Source: a virus
DNA: 64,000 nt
Virus record (IMG/VR): IMGVR_UViG_3300022748_000015
Span: 1-64,000 of that record
Reading direction: 5' to 3' (one strand)
Every line of letters starts with the position of its first letter. The first letter of the stretch is position 1. The notes beneath the pieces are model-generated. The model was not told the DNA's origin, did not search any database, and was given only the letters and a program-made list of their open reading frames with translations. Positions 35,108-45,841 of this stretch are shown here, in pieces. The translations under genes were made by a program, and so were the position numbers.

Positions 35108-37171
35108 ATGCCATCTCAGCGGGATAATGTATCAATCTATAGGTATTTCCTATATGATTTGATATCTAATACCTTCCTTGCCGAGGTCCCTTTCAAAGGT
35201 GTATCTTACGGAAGAGCCCTAAAAGAAGCTGGAAGCTTTAGCGGCTCGATTCCTGTCGTAGATGATACTGCAAGTTTAGATCTTTACAACTCGACAATGC
35301 CAGGTAAGACGGCACTATTTATCGTAAGAAACGATACATGTGTGTGGGGTGGTATGGTTTGGTCCCGTAGCTATAACATAGTAACCCGTTCATTGAGTGT
35401 AAATGCCAGCGAATTTACTAGCTACCTCCACCACCGGGTTATCTGGCAAACTTGGTCGGATGCTTATCCTTGTACTATTACCATAAATAATGGTATTGGC
35501 TCTGTAGTTCTAACCAATGGTACCTATGAGTTTGCTGCTAATATGCCTGTAGCCCTGAGCTTCAGCAATGAGAATGCCATGAAGTATGGTGGCTTCTATA
35601 GTATTGTAAGCTCCCCTGCTCCAACCACTACATCCTTCTCGTTTGATGCATCTAAGTGGTTTAATCCAGATCTAAATGATGGTCTCGGTGGAGAGGATAC
35701 TATCCCGAATCTAGTAGACCTAGAGTGCACCACCGAGGTGCGAGCGGATACATACCACTACATGCGAGAAATGCTAGAAGAGTTGATGATCGACTTTTCT
35801 AACCTAAACTTTGCAACCATTGATATAGAACCAGGAATCTCTAGAAAGTTTGTAGTTCAGTCTGTAAATAGAATCAACAATAAGGCTACCTTCACTGTAG
35901 ATGACAACCACTGGCTAGTTGCTGGTCAGAAGATGAAAGTGACTAACGTCGGTAGCGGGTTCGATGGCATCTACAATGTATCTTCCATACCTGCAGGAAA
36001 CCAAATCACTATTGAAAGTCCAGGATCGGATCTTGCAGTAAGCGCTGTTCCAGCTAGAACTGCTTCAATTATTGCTAAAGAAGTTTCAGAGACCTACGCA
36101 GTAGTCCTAACTACTAGCTCCGCTCATGGGTTCAATACCGATGACGTTGTAGATATTTCTGGTGTAGATACCTTTATTGATGGTACATACCTAATAGACA
36201 CTGTTACAGCAGACACATTCACCATCACAACCCCTGCAACTATTACCAAGAAAACAGCAGTTGTTGGTGGTATGGCCTACGTTAAGCCACTAGTGATTTA
36301 TGGTGAATACGGAAGCTTCTCTAAAAACTCCAATATTGGCTTAAAATTCTCTAATCTAGGCTATAGCGGATACAATACTACGAATGCAGCAATTCGAGGA
36401 TACACTCTAACCTCTGCTGGTGAATACCTGGATGCGTTTTCTAGCAGACTTAATGGATTTGAATATCGAATTGACTGTGACTACGATAAAAATACAAATT
36501 CCTTCTCTAAGACCTTTATATTTCTACCATACAAGCCTCAGTCGTATACTGACTACATAGATAGTCTTCCTAACGGTAAATTACCACTAGGCCAGTCAGT
36601 ACCTCCTTCTGCATTAGGTGCGGATAAGATTGTCTTCGAGCATCCTGGAAATATTTTGGATGCAGCCATGGAGGAAAGTGCTGAAGACGGTGCTACCCGT
36701 GTTTGGTACAGCGGAGCTGATAGTAGCCTAGGTGCAGATGCTAGCCAGCCTTATTCTGGAGCTTCAGCTAACGACTACTTAGGCGGGCTTGATTTCCCAT
36801 GGCCGATTCTTGACTCAGTTCAGAAGCCGCCAGTACAAAATCTCGGTGAGCAGAGCTTATATGACTATGCTCAGTCATACCTATATGACTCGTTGCCTCC
36901 AATATCAACTTTCACTATCTCGGTGAATGGGTCTATATCACCTGAAGTAGGTACATATAAGCCAGGTGATTGGTGCTCGATTCGACTTGATGATCCGTTT
37001 GTTCAGGAAAGACTAAATAGTCACCTAGAGCCACGTACTGATATTTTAGTTCGCAAGATTGACTCCTATACGGTATCTGTCCCGGATACTCCTACTTTCC
37101 CCGAGAAGGTAGACTTACAACTAGTTACGGAAGCGCAGGTGGACAAGGTTGGGTCTTCGAAGACGGCGTAA
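35108..37171 (+). CDS. baseplate hub/minor tail protein with inserted beta-domain repeats
   Basis: YRYFLYDL...LAEVPF..VSY.R.L..AGSFSGSI...WGGMVWSR pattern after Dit. Confidence 0.75.
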   Translation: MPSQRDNVSIYRYFLYDLISNTFLAEVPFKGVSYGRALKEAGSFSGSIPVVDDTASLDLYNSTMPGKTALFIVRNDTCVWGGMVWSRSYNIVTRSLSVNASEFTSYLHHRVIWQTWSDAYPCTITINNGIGSVVLTNGTYEFAANMPVALSFSNENAMKYGGFYSIVSSPAPTTTSFSFDASKWFNPDLNDGLGGEDTIPNLVDLECTTEVRADTYHYMREMLEELMIDFSNLNFATIDIEPGISRKFVVQSVNRINNKATFTVDDNHWLVAGQKMKVTNVGSGFDGIYNVSSIPAGNQITIESPGSDLAVSAVPARTASIIAKEVSETYAVVLTTSSAHGFNTDDVVDISGVDTFIDGTYLIDTVTADTFTITTPATITKKTAVVGGMAYVKPLVIYGEYGSFSKNSNIGLKFSNLGYSGYNTTNAAIRGYTLTSAGEYLDAFSSRLNGFEYRIDCDYDKNTNSFSKTFIFLPYKPQSYTDYIDSLPNGKLPLGQSVPPSALGADKIVFEHPGNILDAAMEESAEDGATRVWYSGADSSLGADASQPYSGASANDYLGGLDFPWPILDSVQKPPVQNLGEQSLYDYAQSYLYDSLPPISTFTISVNGSISPEVGTYKPGDWCSIRLDDPFVQERLNSHLEPRTDILVRKIDSYTVSVPDTPTFPEKVDLQLVTEAQVDKVGSSKTA

Positions 37172-40100
37172 AAAGCTCACTACAGTAATTACTAGCATTG
37201 ATCGCAGACTAAGGTCTATGGAGTCATATACGATTCCAACTCGTATTGCTAGAAAGACAATTACCGCAGCCGAGATTGCTGATGGTGTTATTCCACCGTC
37301 AGACCCCAAGGATTCTGGTGCTACTGGATCAACTTCCGGAACTTCTGCGCCCACAGAATTTGCTGTAATTTCGGCAGCAACCTATTCTGCAAAAAACCTT
37401 ACTGGAAGTGCCGACTGGGTAGAGGTCACTACTGCAACACCCCATGGGTATGCGAAGGGTGATAAGGTCACTATCTTCGGTCTAAATAATAATTTAGTAA
37501 ATGCTGATGGTACTTTCACGGTGTCCGAGCAGATTTCCGATACTGTATTTAGATACAGCCCCTCTTTGAATGGGTTCTATTCTTCAGTAGTTACATTAGC
37601 TACCTCGGCTACTGTCACCCAAAGATCGAGAACTACTGCTGTAGCCACTCTTAAACTCTCTTCTACTTCTCATGGCTTTAATGTCGGTGAGGTTGTCACT
37701 GTTTCGGCAGTTGATGATGCTTACAATGGAACCTTCTTTATTGCTTCTGTTTCTGGTGATACCATCACCTATAAGTTCGAGTCAGAGACTACTTCATCAG
37801 AAGCCACTACAACCTCCACCGGATCTGTAAATGCTGTAACTCACAAGTTTGCCATCATTGGTGATACTTGGATTGATACATCAGCAACTCCTAGTTCATA
37901 TAAGGTCTGGAATGGTCTTAAATGGACCGATTCGTCTAATGTTCCTGCAGGAACCATCGTAAATGATGGTGTAGCACCATCAGCACCGACTGGATTATCC
38001 GCCACGCAAAATGGTTACTATGATGAATCTAGCGGTGGCCCAAAAATTGCTATCTCCCTTAAGTGGAATGCCCCAACTACTAATGCTGACAATACTCCAT
38101 TAAGGGATCTCGGTGGTTATAAGGTATTTTATAAATATGCTGCCGGAGTAGTTGATACTGGGTCAGCGGGAGATGGTAGTACTAACACTACAACTCTAAA
38201 TTCAGATGGAACTCTCACTGGTACTTTTTCATACGCTGCCAATGAGCGGGGATCGGCTAGCACTGTTACCCTGACAACTAGTGCTGGTACTATACAACCT
38301 AGTACTTACTCTATTGCTGCGGGTGCCTCTGGAAATCTTTCTTGGACAGTTTCAGGTCTGTCTGATGCTCAGGAAGTTACCGTATCATGGAGTACTTCAG
38401 TAAATGGCTACGGGGATATAACTGGAACAACTGGATCTACTAATGTAGTTAGTAAAAACAACTATCCAGCTGCTGACTGGCGTTATGATATTTTTGGTAA
38501 TACGTCTATAACAGATACGACTAACCCTACTGCAGCAGACCCGGTTGGTGGCGGACCCGCAGCTGCGGCTACTGATTGGAACGTTGCTGGAGAAGTATCT
38601 GCTGAAGTAGCCTCATATGTAATCAGAGATATAAACGTATCATCTAGTGTGATTTTTGCAGTACAAGCATTTGATTCATCGAAGCTTAACTATTCAATTA
38701 AATCGGATGAGCTAACTGTCTCTACAGGCAAGCCAGCACTAGTTTTAGGTCCATTATCTAAGCCAGATGTAGTAGTCCGACTAGGAACTGCAACTATTAC
38801 ATGGAATGGTAGTGATTCCGGTGGCAATGCTACCCCTCCATCACTTGACCACGTAGAAGTCCATATAGGATCTACTTCAGGATTTACTCCTGGCGATAGC
38901 ACATACAAAGGTGCAATCACGGCTACGGGGGCGGCTACAGGTAACTTTATTGTAGTTGATGGCCTAGCATATAATTCTCAATGGTATGCAAAGTTTGTAG
39001 CAGTTTCCACTACTGGTGTTAAAGCTTCTCCTTCACCAGCCAGTGATCTTTTCACTATCACTCCTCTAGTCGATACAGACCTGATTGCCAATACACTAAC
39101 TACTTGGCCTTTTGCTGGAAAAGTTGTTAGCGCTGGGTCATTAGCCGATGGGTCAATTAATGCATCATCCCTCCTTGGTCCAAATGTAGTTACTCAGGCG
39201 GCTATTTCAGCAAATGCTATCGGTGCAGATCAAATTGCAGCTGGTGCCATTATTGCTGGAAAAATTGGTGCCAATGCGATCACGGCAAACACTATTGCAG
39301 CTGGCGCTATTACGGCTGGAAAAATTGATGCAAATGCTATTACGGCAGATAACATTCAGGCTGGTGCAATTAGTGCATCTAAAATAACAGCAGATGCTAT
39401 TGATGGAAAAATTATCACTGGTGCTACTGTTCGTACTGCAGCAGCAGGTGCTAGGGTTCTTTTAGATTCTTCTGGATTCTATGCCTATAATTCTGGTGGT
39501 ACTCAGACATTCAAAATTGACTCATCTACTGGAACCGTAACAATTGGAAGCTATGCTCCTGCTACATCTAATGATTTGGCTGGAAAGATTAGTAATGGTG
39601 GTGCAGCAGCAGATGTCAATAATCCTGCATACACTACTACAATTACTGGCACAAAAATTACACCTAATTCGGTAACTGCAAGTCAAATAAATGCTGATTC
39701 TGTTGCAGCAGCTGTAGTAACTGCAAATACTGTCACTTCTCAGGTAATGTCTGGATCCAAGTATGTAGAGTTTAGCGGCGCAGGCGGAACTGACATTGTT
39801 CGTCTAGGGTATGGCACCGGTTCCTATGCGGGTGCTCCTGGTGTAGCTATTATTGCTGGTGGCACGTACGTAGGCTGGGCTGGAAGCTGGGGTAGTGGTG
39901 ATTTAGAGGTTGGTACCAACTATTACGACTGCTACTTAGACTTCTTTAGATCAGATAATAGCATTATTATGCGTGGACAGACTGTAACTCTATCCGCAAG
40001 CCCTCTCTCTACTGGTGTTACAGGGTATATGAATCTCGATTCTTTGCGCCTAACGCAGACTGGTGCAATGACTGTTAAATCAAGCAACTCTTCAGCCTTT

Positions 40101-40568
40101 AGGGTTGAAAGTCTTGGTGGTGCATATCATATGTCATTGAATGCTGCTGTTGGTGGTGTTGCTGATTACGCTCGACTCTATGTAGATCCAAAGAACACCG
40201 CTCGAGTTGGGTTACAGGTAGAAGGTGTTATCAATCACTATGGAACAGTAAACCTATCCAGCCGTAGATTCAAGGAAGATATAAAACCATATGAATCTAA
40301 AAAAGCAAATGATTTAGTTTTGGATGTCGGGCTAGTTACTTATAAATATCTAAATAAAGATGGAACCTCCAACCCTGAAGCTGCCTCTCAGCTAGGTGTT
40401 ATTGCCGAGGAAATTCTAGATCTTGGGCTAGATAATGTAGTATTGTTTGATGATGATGGTGTAACTCCTAAGGGAGTTGATTACACTAAGTTTGGGCTTC
40501 TACTTATTCCAGTAGTACGTGACCTAAAAGCTCAGATTTTAGAATTGCAGAATAGATTAGGAGCCTAA
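37149..40568 (+). CDS. tail fibre/spike with FN3-like domains and a C-terminal peptidase S74 intramolecular chaperone
   Basis: AI.A.KI.A repeats; SSRRFKEDIK...LGVIAEE...VDYTKF..LLIPVVRDL. Confidence 0.85.
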   Translation: MGLRRRRKKLTTVITSIDRRLRSMESYTIPTRIARKTITAAEIADGVIPPSDPKDSGATGSTSGTSAPTEFAVISAATYSAKNLTGSADWVEVTTATPHGYAKGDKVTIFGLNNNLVNADGTFTVSEQISDTVFRYSPSLNGFYSSVVTLATSATVTQRSRTTAVATLKLSSTSHGFNVGEVVTVSAVDDAYNGTFFIASVSGDTITYKFESETTSSEATTTSTGSVNAVTHKFAIIGDTWIDTSATPSSYKVWNGLKWTDSSNVPAGTIVNDGVAPSAPTGLSATQNGYYDESSGGPKIAISLKWNAPTTNADNTPLRDLGGYKVFYKYAAGVVDTGSAGDGSTNTTTLNSDGTLTGTFSYAANERGSASTVTLTTSAGTIQPSTYSIAAGASGNLSWTVSGLSDAQEVTVSWSTSVNGYGDITGTTGSTNVVSKNNYPAADWRYDIFGNTSITDTTNPTAADPVGGGPAAAATDWNVAGEVSAEVASYVIRDINVSSSVIFAVQAFDSSKLNYSIKSDELTVSTGKPALVLGPLSKPDVVVRLGTATITWNGSDSGGNATPPSLDHVEVHIGSTSGFTPGDSTYKGAITATGAATGNFIVVDGLAYNSQWYAKFVAVSTTGVKASPSPASDLFTITPLVDTDLIANTLTTWPFAGKVVSAGSLADGSINASSLLGPNVVTQAAISANAIGADQIAAGAIIAGKIGANAITANTIAAGAITAGKIDANAITADNIQAGAISASKITADAIDGKIITGATVRTAAAGARVLLDSSGFYAYNSGGTQTFKIDSSTGTVTIGSYAPATSNDLAGKISNGGAAADVNNPAYTTTITGTKITPNSVTASQINADSVAAAVVTANTVTSQVMSGSKYVEFSGAGGTDIVRLGYGTGSYAGAPGVAIIAGGTYVGWAGSWGSGDLEVGTNYYDCYLDFFRSDNSIIMRGQTVTLSASPLSTGVTGYMNLDSLRLTQTGAMTVKSSNSSAFRVESLGGAYHMSLNAAVGGVADYARLYVDPKNTARVGLQVEGVINHYGTVNLSSRRFKEDIKPYESKKANDLVLDVGLVTYKYLNKDGTSNPEAASQLGVIAEEILDLGLDNVVLFDDDGVTPKGVDYTKFGLLLIPVVRDLKAQILELQNRLGA

Positions 40569-40569
40569 T

Positions 40570-40917
40570 ATGGCATGGGATTTTAGAGCAGTAGAGGAGA
40601 CTCCGGCTGATTCGGTAGGGGTTTGGGTCCCTATGGGGTTGAAGATCGTTAAAGCCTTAGTTGATGATGCCGGAGTTGATGTTGTTGTAGTAGATACAAC
40701 CATAGATGATGCCTTATCAAATGCTGGCCCCGGGTTCTCGGCTGAATATTACCTAGCTGTTAAAGAACTATTTTCTAGACAATTAGATCAAATTTTTACG
40801 CTAGGCGACGGAGGAAACATTAACTTCGCTCTAGCCGGTATTTATGGCAGAAAACTCGAGCAATGTCTAGCAACGGCTAAATATTTAAGTGAAGGGGCAC
40901 CTACAGCTAATGTCTAA
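40570..40917 (+). CDS. hypothetical protein (possible fibre assembly factor)
   Basis: Coupled to the fibre gene; GGAG RBS. Confidence 0.65.
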   Translation: MAWDFRAVEETPADSVGVWVPMGLKIVKALVDDAGVDVVVVDTTIDDALSNAGPGFSAEYYLAVKELFSRQLDQIFTLGDGGNINFALAGIYGRKLEQCLATAKYLSEGAPTANV

Positions 40918-41089
40918 TAATAAATTTAGTGAATCCATTGAACTAGAGCTGGAAGCTACTAGAAAGCTTTTAGACCTAACTAGAGAACGCTTGGCAGCCG
41001 CGATTTTTACAATTACGGAATTAGAAACACTACTAGAGCTATCTAGATCTGCATCCGTAGATACTACTAATACATCTAATGGTAATTAG
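40910..41089 (+). CDS. small coiled-coil protein
   Basis: ATG40910 in frame with track ORF 40889. Confidence 0.55.
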   Translation: MSNNKFSESIELELEATRKLLDLTRERLAAAIFTITELETLLELSRSASVDTTNTSNGN

Positions 41090-41125
41090 TTATAAAATAT
41101 ATGTAAGTAGATTTTAGAGAGACAT

Positions 41126-41596
41126 ATGTTAGAAGTTAAAGACGGATCAAGAACTTTACAGTTCAACGGACATTTATTGGCAGAATCATCCTCTTTTCGT
41201 AGAGGGTCCACTCGTTGGATTGAGTTTAAGCTTTATAAGACTGAGAGTGGTTCATACATCCTAAGCCGCATCGGGGTATCTTTAGTGTTCCATGCCCCTG
41301 TGTGCCAACTAGTGAAACGATATGGGCTAACTGAGGTTGACTACCAAGATATCAATTCAAATTCAATTCCGTGTATAGAATGCGATCCAGATGAGAGCGC
41401 CTCTCTAGTCTTCCCTGAAAAGGATCGCTACTGGGCTCAGGTGAGCGACTCGCCGATTGCTGTTTTAGATGCTTTATATAAATATGACGATGGCGGTGCT
41501 CGCTATTTGACTAATGTAGCTCAGAGATTATTGGAGGATGCTTCTAAGGTTGATGATGCAATTCTTCATGTATACAAGGTAGAAATTATTCCATAA
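41126..41596 (+). CDS. hypothetical protein
   Basis: Clean 156-aa ORF with a CxxC. Confidence 0.75.
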   Translation: MLEVKDGSRTLQFNGHLLAESSSFRRGSTRWIEFKLYKTESGSYILSRIGVSLVFHAPVCQLVKRYGLTEVDYQDINSNSIPCIECDPDESASLVFPEKDRYWAQVSDSPIAVLDALYKYDDGGARYLTNVAQRLLEDASKVDDAILHVYKVEIIP

Positions 41597-41658
41597 TCAG
41601 CTTGCATTATTAAAAACTGTCTAGTACAGTAAAGTGAAGTAAAGACGTAAGGACAATA

Positions 41659-43473
41659 ATGGCTGGATTAGACGGCATCAAACTCGAGTTAGTTAACTCA
41701 GTTGATAAGGCTCAGGAATTTTTACATTGGCTGGGGGAACGCCGTCCGCACAACGCTATAGCAATTGACACGGAAACCGGGGAACTCCCTGGTAATCACA
41801 AGGATCATGCGCTCTCTCCTTGGCATGGCCGTCTGCGCCTAGTTCAGGTTGGGGATGGCATGACTGGGTGGTCTATTCCCTGGGATAACTGGAAGGGCGT
41901 ATTCTACGAGGCAATGAATAAATTTGATGGACCCCTTGTCTGTCACAATATTGCCTTCGAAGCTAAGTGGTTTGAGATTCAATCTGAATGGAAAATGCCT
42001 TGGCATCGCTCCCATGACACTATGATTATGGCTCAGCTGCTTGATCCTCTAGGCTCTGGTGCTCTAAAAGTTTTAACTAAGCAGTATGTAGATGCAAATG
42101 CTGCACGTATGCAAGACCTACTTAGCGATGGTATGGCTAAAAATGGCTGGACCTGGGGTACCGTCCCCGTAGAATATCAACCATATTGGGCATATGGTGC
42201 TCTTGACCCCATCTTAACCATGCGCCTGTGGGAGCAGTTTTGGGAGAAATGCGGCCCTGGTCGTCCGTACTCTCAAGCGTATGAGCTTGAGATGAATACT
42301 CGCCGTATCGTTACTCGCATGGAGCTGAATGGCGCTCGACTTGATCTCAACTATTCCAAGAAAAAGTATCAAGAACTTATTGACTATACTGAACAGGTGA
42401 AGCAATGGGGGCAGGATAGCTACAATGCTTCCATTACTAGTAATGCTCAACTTGTTCGTGTATTTGAACGACTTGGTGCCGAGATCACTCAATTAACACC
42501 GTCTGGAAATAAGTCCGCATCTGCTGATCAGCTAAAAATGCTTGCTCGTGATGGTTCTCCAGAAGTCAAGCAGCTTGCCGAGACTGTACTTAAGCAGCGT
42601 AAGGCTGACAAGCTTGCATCTACCTACTTCTCGAATTTCATCAATGATAATGTCAATGGGTTCGTGCATCCATCTGTAAAGACCATGGGTGCTCGTACCG
42701 GGCGTATGTCGATTCAGAATCCAGCACTTCAGACTCTGCCAAAGGGTGATGACACTGTTCGTCGTGCATTCCTACCTAAAGATGACGATCACGTGATTAT
42801 TACCTCGGACCTTGATCAGGTCGAGTTCCGTATGTTTGCATCTCTGTCTCAAGACCAGAATCTAATTAGCCTATTCAATAATGCTGATGCATCTGGTTCT
42901 GACCCATTCACCGAGATTGGTCGTGAGGTCTACAATGATCCCACCATGGTCAAATCAGATAAGCGCCGAGGACTTATCAAGGGAGTTGTCTACGGACGTC
43001 TCTACGGGGCTGGAGTGGCTAAACAGGCCCTAACTGCAGGTGTTCCAGAAGAGCAAATGCGTGCTGTATCTGATGCTTTTGACCGCAACTACCCTGGTAT
43101 GGCACTTTTCCAGAAGAAGGTTGAAGATACTGGAATGCGCCGCCTCAAGAATGAAGGTCAGGGTTATGTCCATACCTGGACTGGACGTCGCCTACCTTGC
43201 GACGAGGACCGTGTATATACGCTTACTAACTACCTAATTCAGGGCGGTGCAGCTGAGATCTTTAAATCAAACCTAGTGAAGTTAGATCAAGCTGATCTGA
43301 CTGAGCTACTTATTGTTCCGGTGCATGACGAAATTGTTCTAAATGCTCCACGTAAAGATGCAGAGGAAGTTAAGAAACTTGTCCAGGAATGCATGACCAC
43401 ACGCGAGGGTTGGGCTGTACCATTAACAGCTGATGCTGACGGGCCTCTAGAAAACTGGGGTCAAAAATACTAA
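41659..43473 (+). CDS. polA: DNA polymerase I (family A; 3'-5' exonuclease plus polymerase, no 5' nuclease)
   Basis: IDTETG (ExoI), RTGRMSIQNPALQTLP, DLDQVEFR (motif A), YGRLYGAG (motif B), VHDEIV (motif C). Confidence 0.95.
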   Translation: MAGLDGIKLELVNSVDKAQEFLHWLGERRPHNAIAIDTETGELPGNHKDHALSPWHGRLRLVQVGDGMTGWSIPWDNWKGVFYEAMNKFDGPLVCHNIAFEAKWFEIQSEWKMPWHRSHDTMIMAQLLDPLGSGALKVLTKQYVDANAARMQDLLSDGMAKNGWTWGTVPVEYQPYWAYGALDPILTMRLWEQFWEKCGPGRPYSQAYELEMNTRRIVTRMELNGARLDLNYSKKKYQELIDYTEQVKQWGQDSYNASITSNAQLVRVFERLGAEITQLTPSGNKSASADQLKMLARDGSPEVKQLAETVLKQRKADKLASTYFSNFINDNVNGFVHPSVKTMGARTGRMSIQNPALQTLPKGDDTVRRAFLPKDDDHVIITSDLDQVEFRMFASLSQDQNLISLFNNADASGSDPFTEIGREVYNDPTMVKSDKRRGLIKGVVYGRLYGAGVAKQALTAGVPEEQMRAVSDAFDRNYPGMALFQKKVEDTGMRRLKNEGQGYVHTWTGRRLPCDEDRVYTLTNYLIQGGAAEIFKSNLVKLDQADLTELLIVPVHDEIVLNAPRKDAEEVKKLVQECMTTREGWAVPLTADADGPLENWGQKY

Positions 43474-43949
43474 TGGAGATTCAAATGAAATACGTATTAG
43501 CCGTTGACCCGGGTAAGGCTACTGGAATGGCTTTCTTTACTCGTGAACCAGGTCAAGATCCTGTGTTGGTCTGGTCTGGAGAATATCAACAAGAAGAGTA
43601 TGCTAAGCCAATTCGTCAAACACTAGGTGAAGTAATTATGTCTGGCAATTCTATAGACATTGTTTGCGAACGATTCACTATCAATGCCCAGACTGTGCGT
43701 AATTCTCAAGCTCCGTTCTCATTGGAGCAGATTGGCATCCTTAAGCAGTGCATGATGGATATTGGTATGGCTCCAGATGATATTAATTTCCAGAGTCCAG
43801 CTAACGCTAAGGCTATGTTCACTAACGAGAAGCTGAAGAAGCTGGGATATTGGCATAAAGGTGGGGAAGGACACGCACTTGACGCAATCCGTCATGGTCT
43901 GCTACACTTGGTCAGCAACGGTTGGAAACCAATTAATTTGCTAAATTAA
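43473..43949 (+). CDS. RuvC-like Holliday junction resolvase
   Basis: LAVDPGKATG...VCERF...HALDAIRH; alternative start ATG43485. Confidence 0.75.
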   Translation: MEIQMKYVLAVDPGKATGMAFFTREPGQDPVLVWSGEYQQEEYAKPIRQTLGEVIMSGNSIDIVCERFTINAQTVRNSQAPFSLEQIGILKQCMMDIGMAPDDINFQSPANAKAMFTNEKLKKLGYWHKGGEGHALDAIRHGLLHLVSNGWKPINLLN

Positions 43950-43954
43950 AAAGT

Positions 43955-44001
43955 TATTATCAGAAAAAGTTGTTGCATTTACTTTTTTCTGATAATATAT
44001 A
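43955..44001 (+). promoter_or_regulatory. 14-bp inverted repeat overlapping a putative promoter
   Basis: TATTATCAGAAAAA 43955-43968 / TTTTTCTGATAATA 43984-43997; TTGCAT 43973 and TATATA 43996. Confidence 0.6.
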
Positions 44002-44026
44002 AATACGAAACGACGAAAGGAATCAA

Positions 44027-45841
44027 ATGAGTGTCTTTGTAGAACTCGATGATTCTGGTGAGCACATCATCATTAACGCTGAGTGGCGTTTAAAAGAACT
44101 GTGCAAGAGTCTTCCTGGTGCTTCTTGGAGTGCTAAGGAGTCTATCTGGCGTATTCCGGCATCCTGGGCTGGTTGTCTAGCTCTACGTTCTACCTTTAAG
44201 TCTGATCTGGTCCTAGGACCTCACCTTACTGAGTGGGCAAAGCACGAGAAAACTACTCGAGTTGACCCGTCTAATGATCTACGTGATGTGGATGTTATGG
44301 AGGAGGGCGATCAGGATCTTTTCCCTCATCAGCGTGCTGGCGTAAAGTTCCTCTCTACGGCTCGTAGAGCCCTTCTAGCAGACGAACCAGGACTTGGTAA
44401 GACTGCTCAGGCTATTCGCTCCCTAAAGGCCATGCATGACCAGGGGGAGGCTGTTTTTCCTGCTCTCATTGTCTGCCCGAACACCCTTAAGAAGAACTGG
44501 GAACGTGAGTTCGATAAGTGGTGGCCTGGGGTTAATGTGACCGTTATTGGTGGAACTGCAACAAAGCGTCGTGCCTTGTTTGATCAGGACTCCGATGTGG
44601 TTGTAGTGAACTGGGAGTCTCTGCGCAGCCATTCTCGCCTATCACCATATGGCTCGATTTCTTTAGCTCGTTGTATCGAGTGTAAGGGCCACGATTCCCG
44701 TATCACTCCAAACCGCTGTGAAGTTCACCAACGTGAGCTAAATACCATTGGTTTCAAGGCTGTAATTGCTGACGAGATTCACCGTTCAAAAGATCCAAAG
44801 TCAAAGCAGACCCGTGCTCTTTGGGCCGCTACTGGCGATGCGGATATCCGCTTTGCGCTTACCGGTACTCCTATTGCTAAGGATGTTGTTGATCTTTGGC
44901 CTATTCTTCACTGGATTTCTCCAGAAGAATGGCCTAGTCGTACCAAGTGGATTGACCGCATGATTGATACCATGCTCAATGCTTTTGGTGGCATGATGGT
45001 TCTAGGTGTGAAGCCTCACATGGAGCAGGAGTTCTATGCTGCTATTAACCCACGCATGCGACGCATGCTGAAGGCTAAGGTACTTCCTTGGCTTCCAGAG
45101 GTTATCAATGACCGCCGTGATGTCGAGATGGGTGCTAAGCAGCAAAAGGCTTACAATCAGATGCTAGACAATATGATTGCATTGATCGAAAAGGAAGACG
45201 GGACTGTTGGGGATGCTGTTGTAGCTCCTAACCCGCTTACTCAAATGCTGCGCCTTCTCCAGCTCGCTAGCTCATACGCTGATGTGACTATTGATCCTGT
45301 TAGCGGTGAAGAAGTTGTAGTTTTGTCAGACCCATCGTGTAAGGTTGATGCTCTGATGGATGACATGAAGAATGGTGACTTCGGTGATGATAGCGTAGCT
45401 GTCTGTGCCGTATCTCGCCAGCTCATCGATCTCCTTAGCGCACGCCTAACTAAGGAGGGTATCGCTCATGGTCTGATTACTGGAGCAATCGATGCTGATG
45501 AACGTCAACGTCATATCGATGAGTTCCAGTCTGGCAAGACTAAGTGGATTCTATTTACTGCCCAGGCTGGCGGTGTGGGTGTTACCTTGACAACTGCACG
45601 CAGACTTGTTATGCTACAAAGACCATGGTCACTTGTCGACTATAAGCAGGCTCTTGACCGTGTACACCGTATTGGTTCTGAAATCCATGATTCCGTAATC
45701 ATTACAGACTACGTAACTGAAAATACTGTTGAAGAGCGTGTAATTCAGGCTCTAGACACCAAGGCTGACAACTTTGAGCAGATTGTGCGTGACAAGGATG
45801 CACTTCTCAAAATGCTTAAGGAAAGCAAGGGAAAGAAATAG
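44027..45841 (+). CDS. SNF2-family (SF2) helicase
   Basis: LADEPGLGKT, IADEIHR, ALTGTP, AGGVGVTLT, QALDRVHRIG. Confidence 0.92.
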   Translation: MSVFVELDDSGEHIIINAEWRLKELCKSLPGASWSAKESIWRIPASWAGCLALRSTFKSDLVLGPHLTEWAKHEKTTRVDPSNDLRDVDVMEEGDQDLFPHQRAGVKFLSTARRALLADEPGLGKTAQAIRSLKAMHDQGEAVFPALIVCPNTLKKNWEREFDKWWPGVNVTVIGGTATKRRALFDQDSDVVVVNWESLRSHSRLSPYGSISLARCIECKGHDSRITPNRCEVHQRELNTIGFKAVIADEIHRSKDPKSKQTRALWAATGDADIRFALTGTPIAKDVVDLWPILHWISPEEWPSRTKWIDRMIDTMLNAFGGMMVLGVKPHMEQEFYAAINPRMRRMLKAKVLPWLPEVINDRRDVEMGAKQQKAYNQMLDNMIALIEKEDGTVGDAVVAPNPLTQMLRLLQLASSYADVTIDPVSGEEVVVLSDPSCKVDALMDDMKNGDFGDDSVAVCAVSRQLIDLLSARLTKEGIAHGLITGAIDADERQRHIDEFQSGKTKWILFTAQAGGVGVTLTTARRLVMLQRPWSLVDYKQALDRVHRIGSEIHDSVIITDYVTENTVEERVIQALDTKADNFEQIVRDKDALLKMLKESKGKK

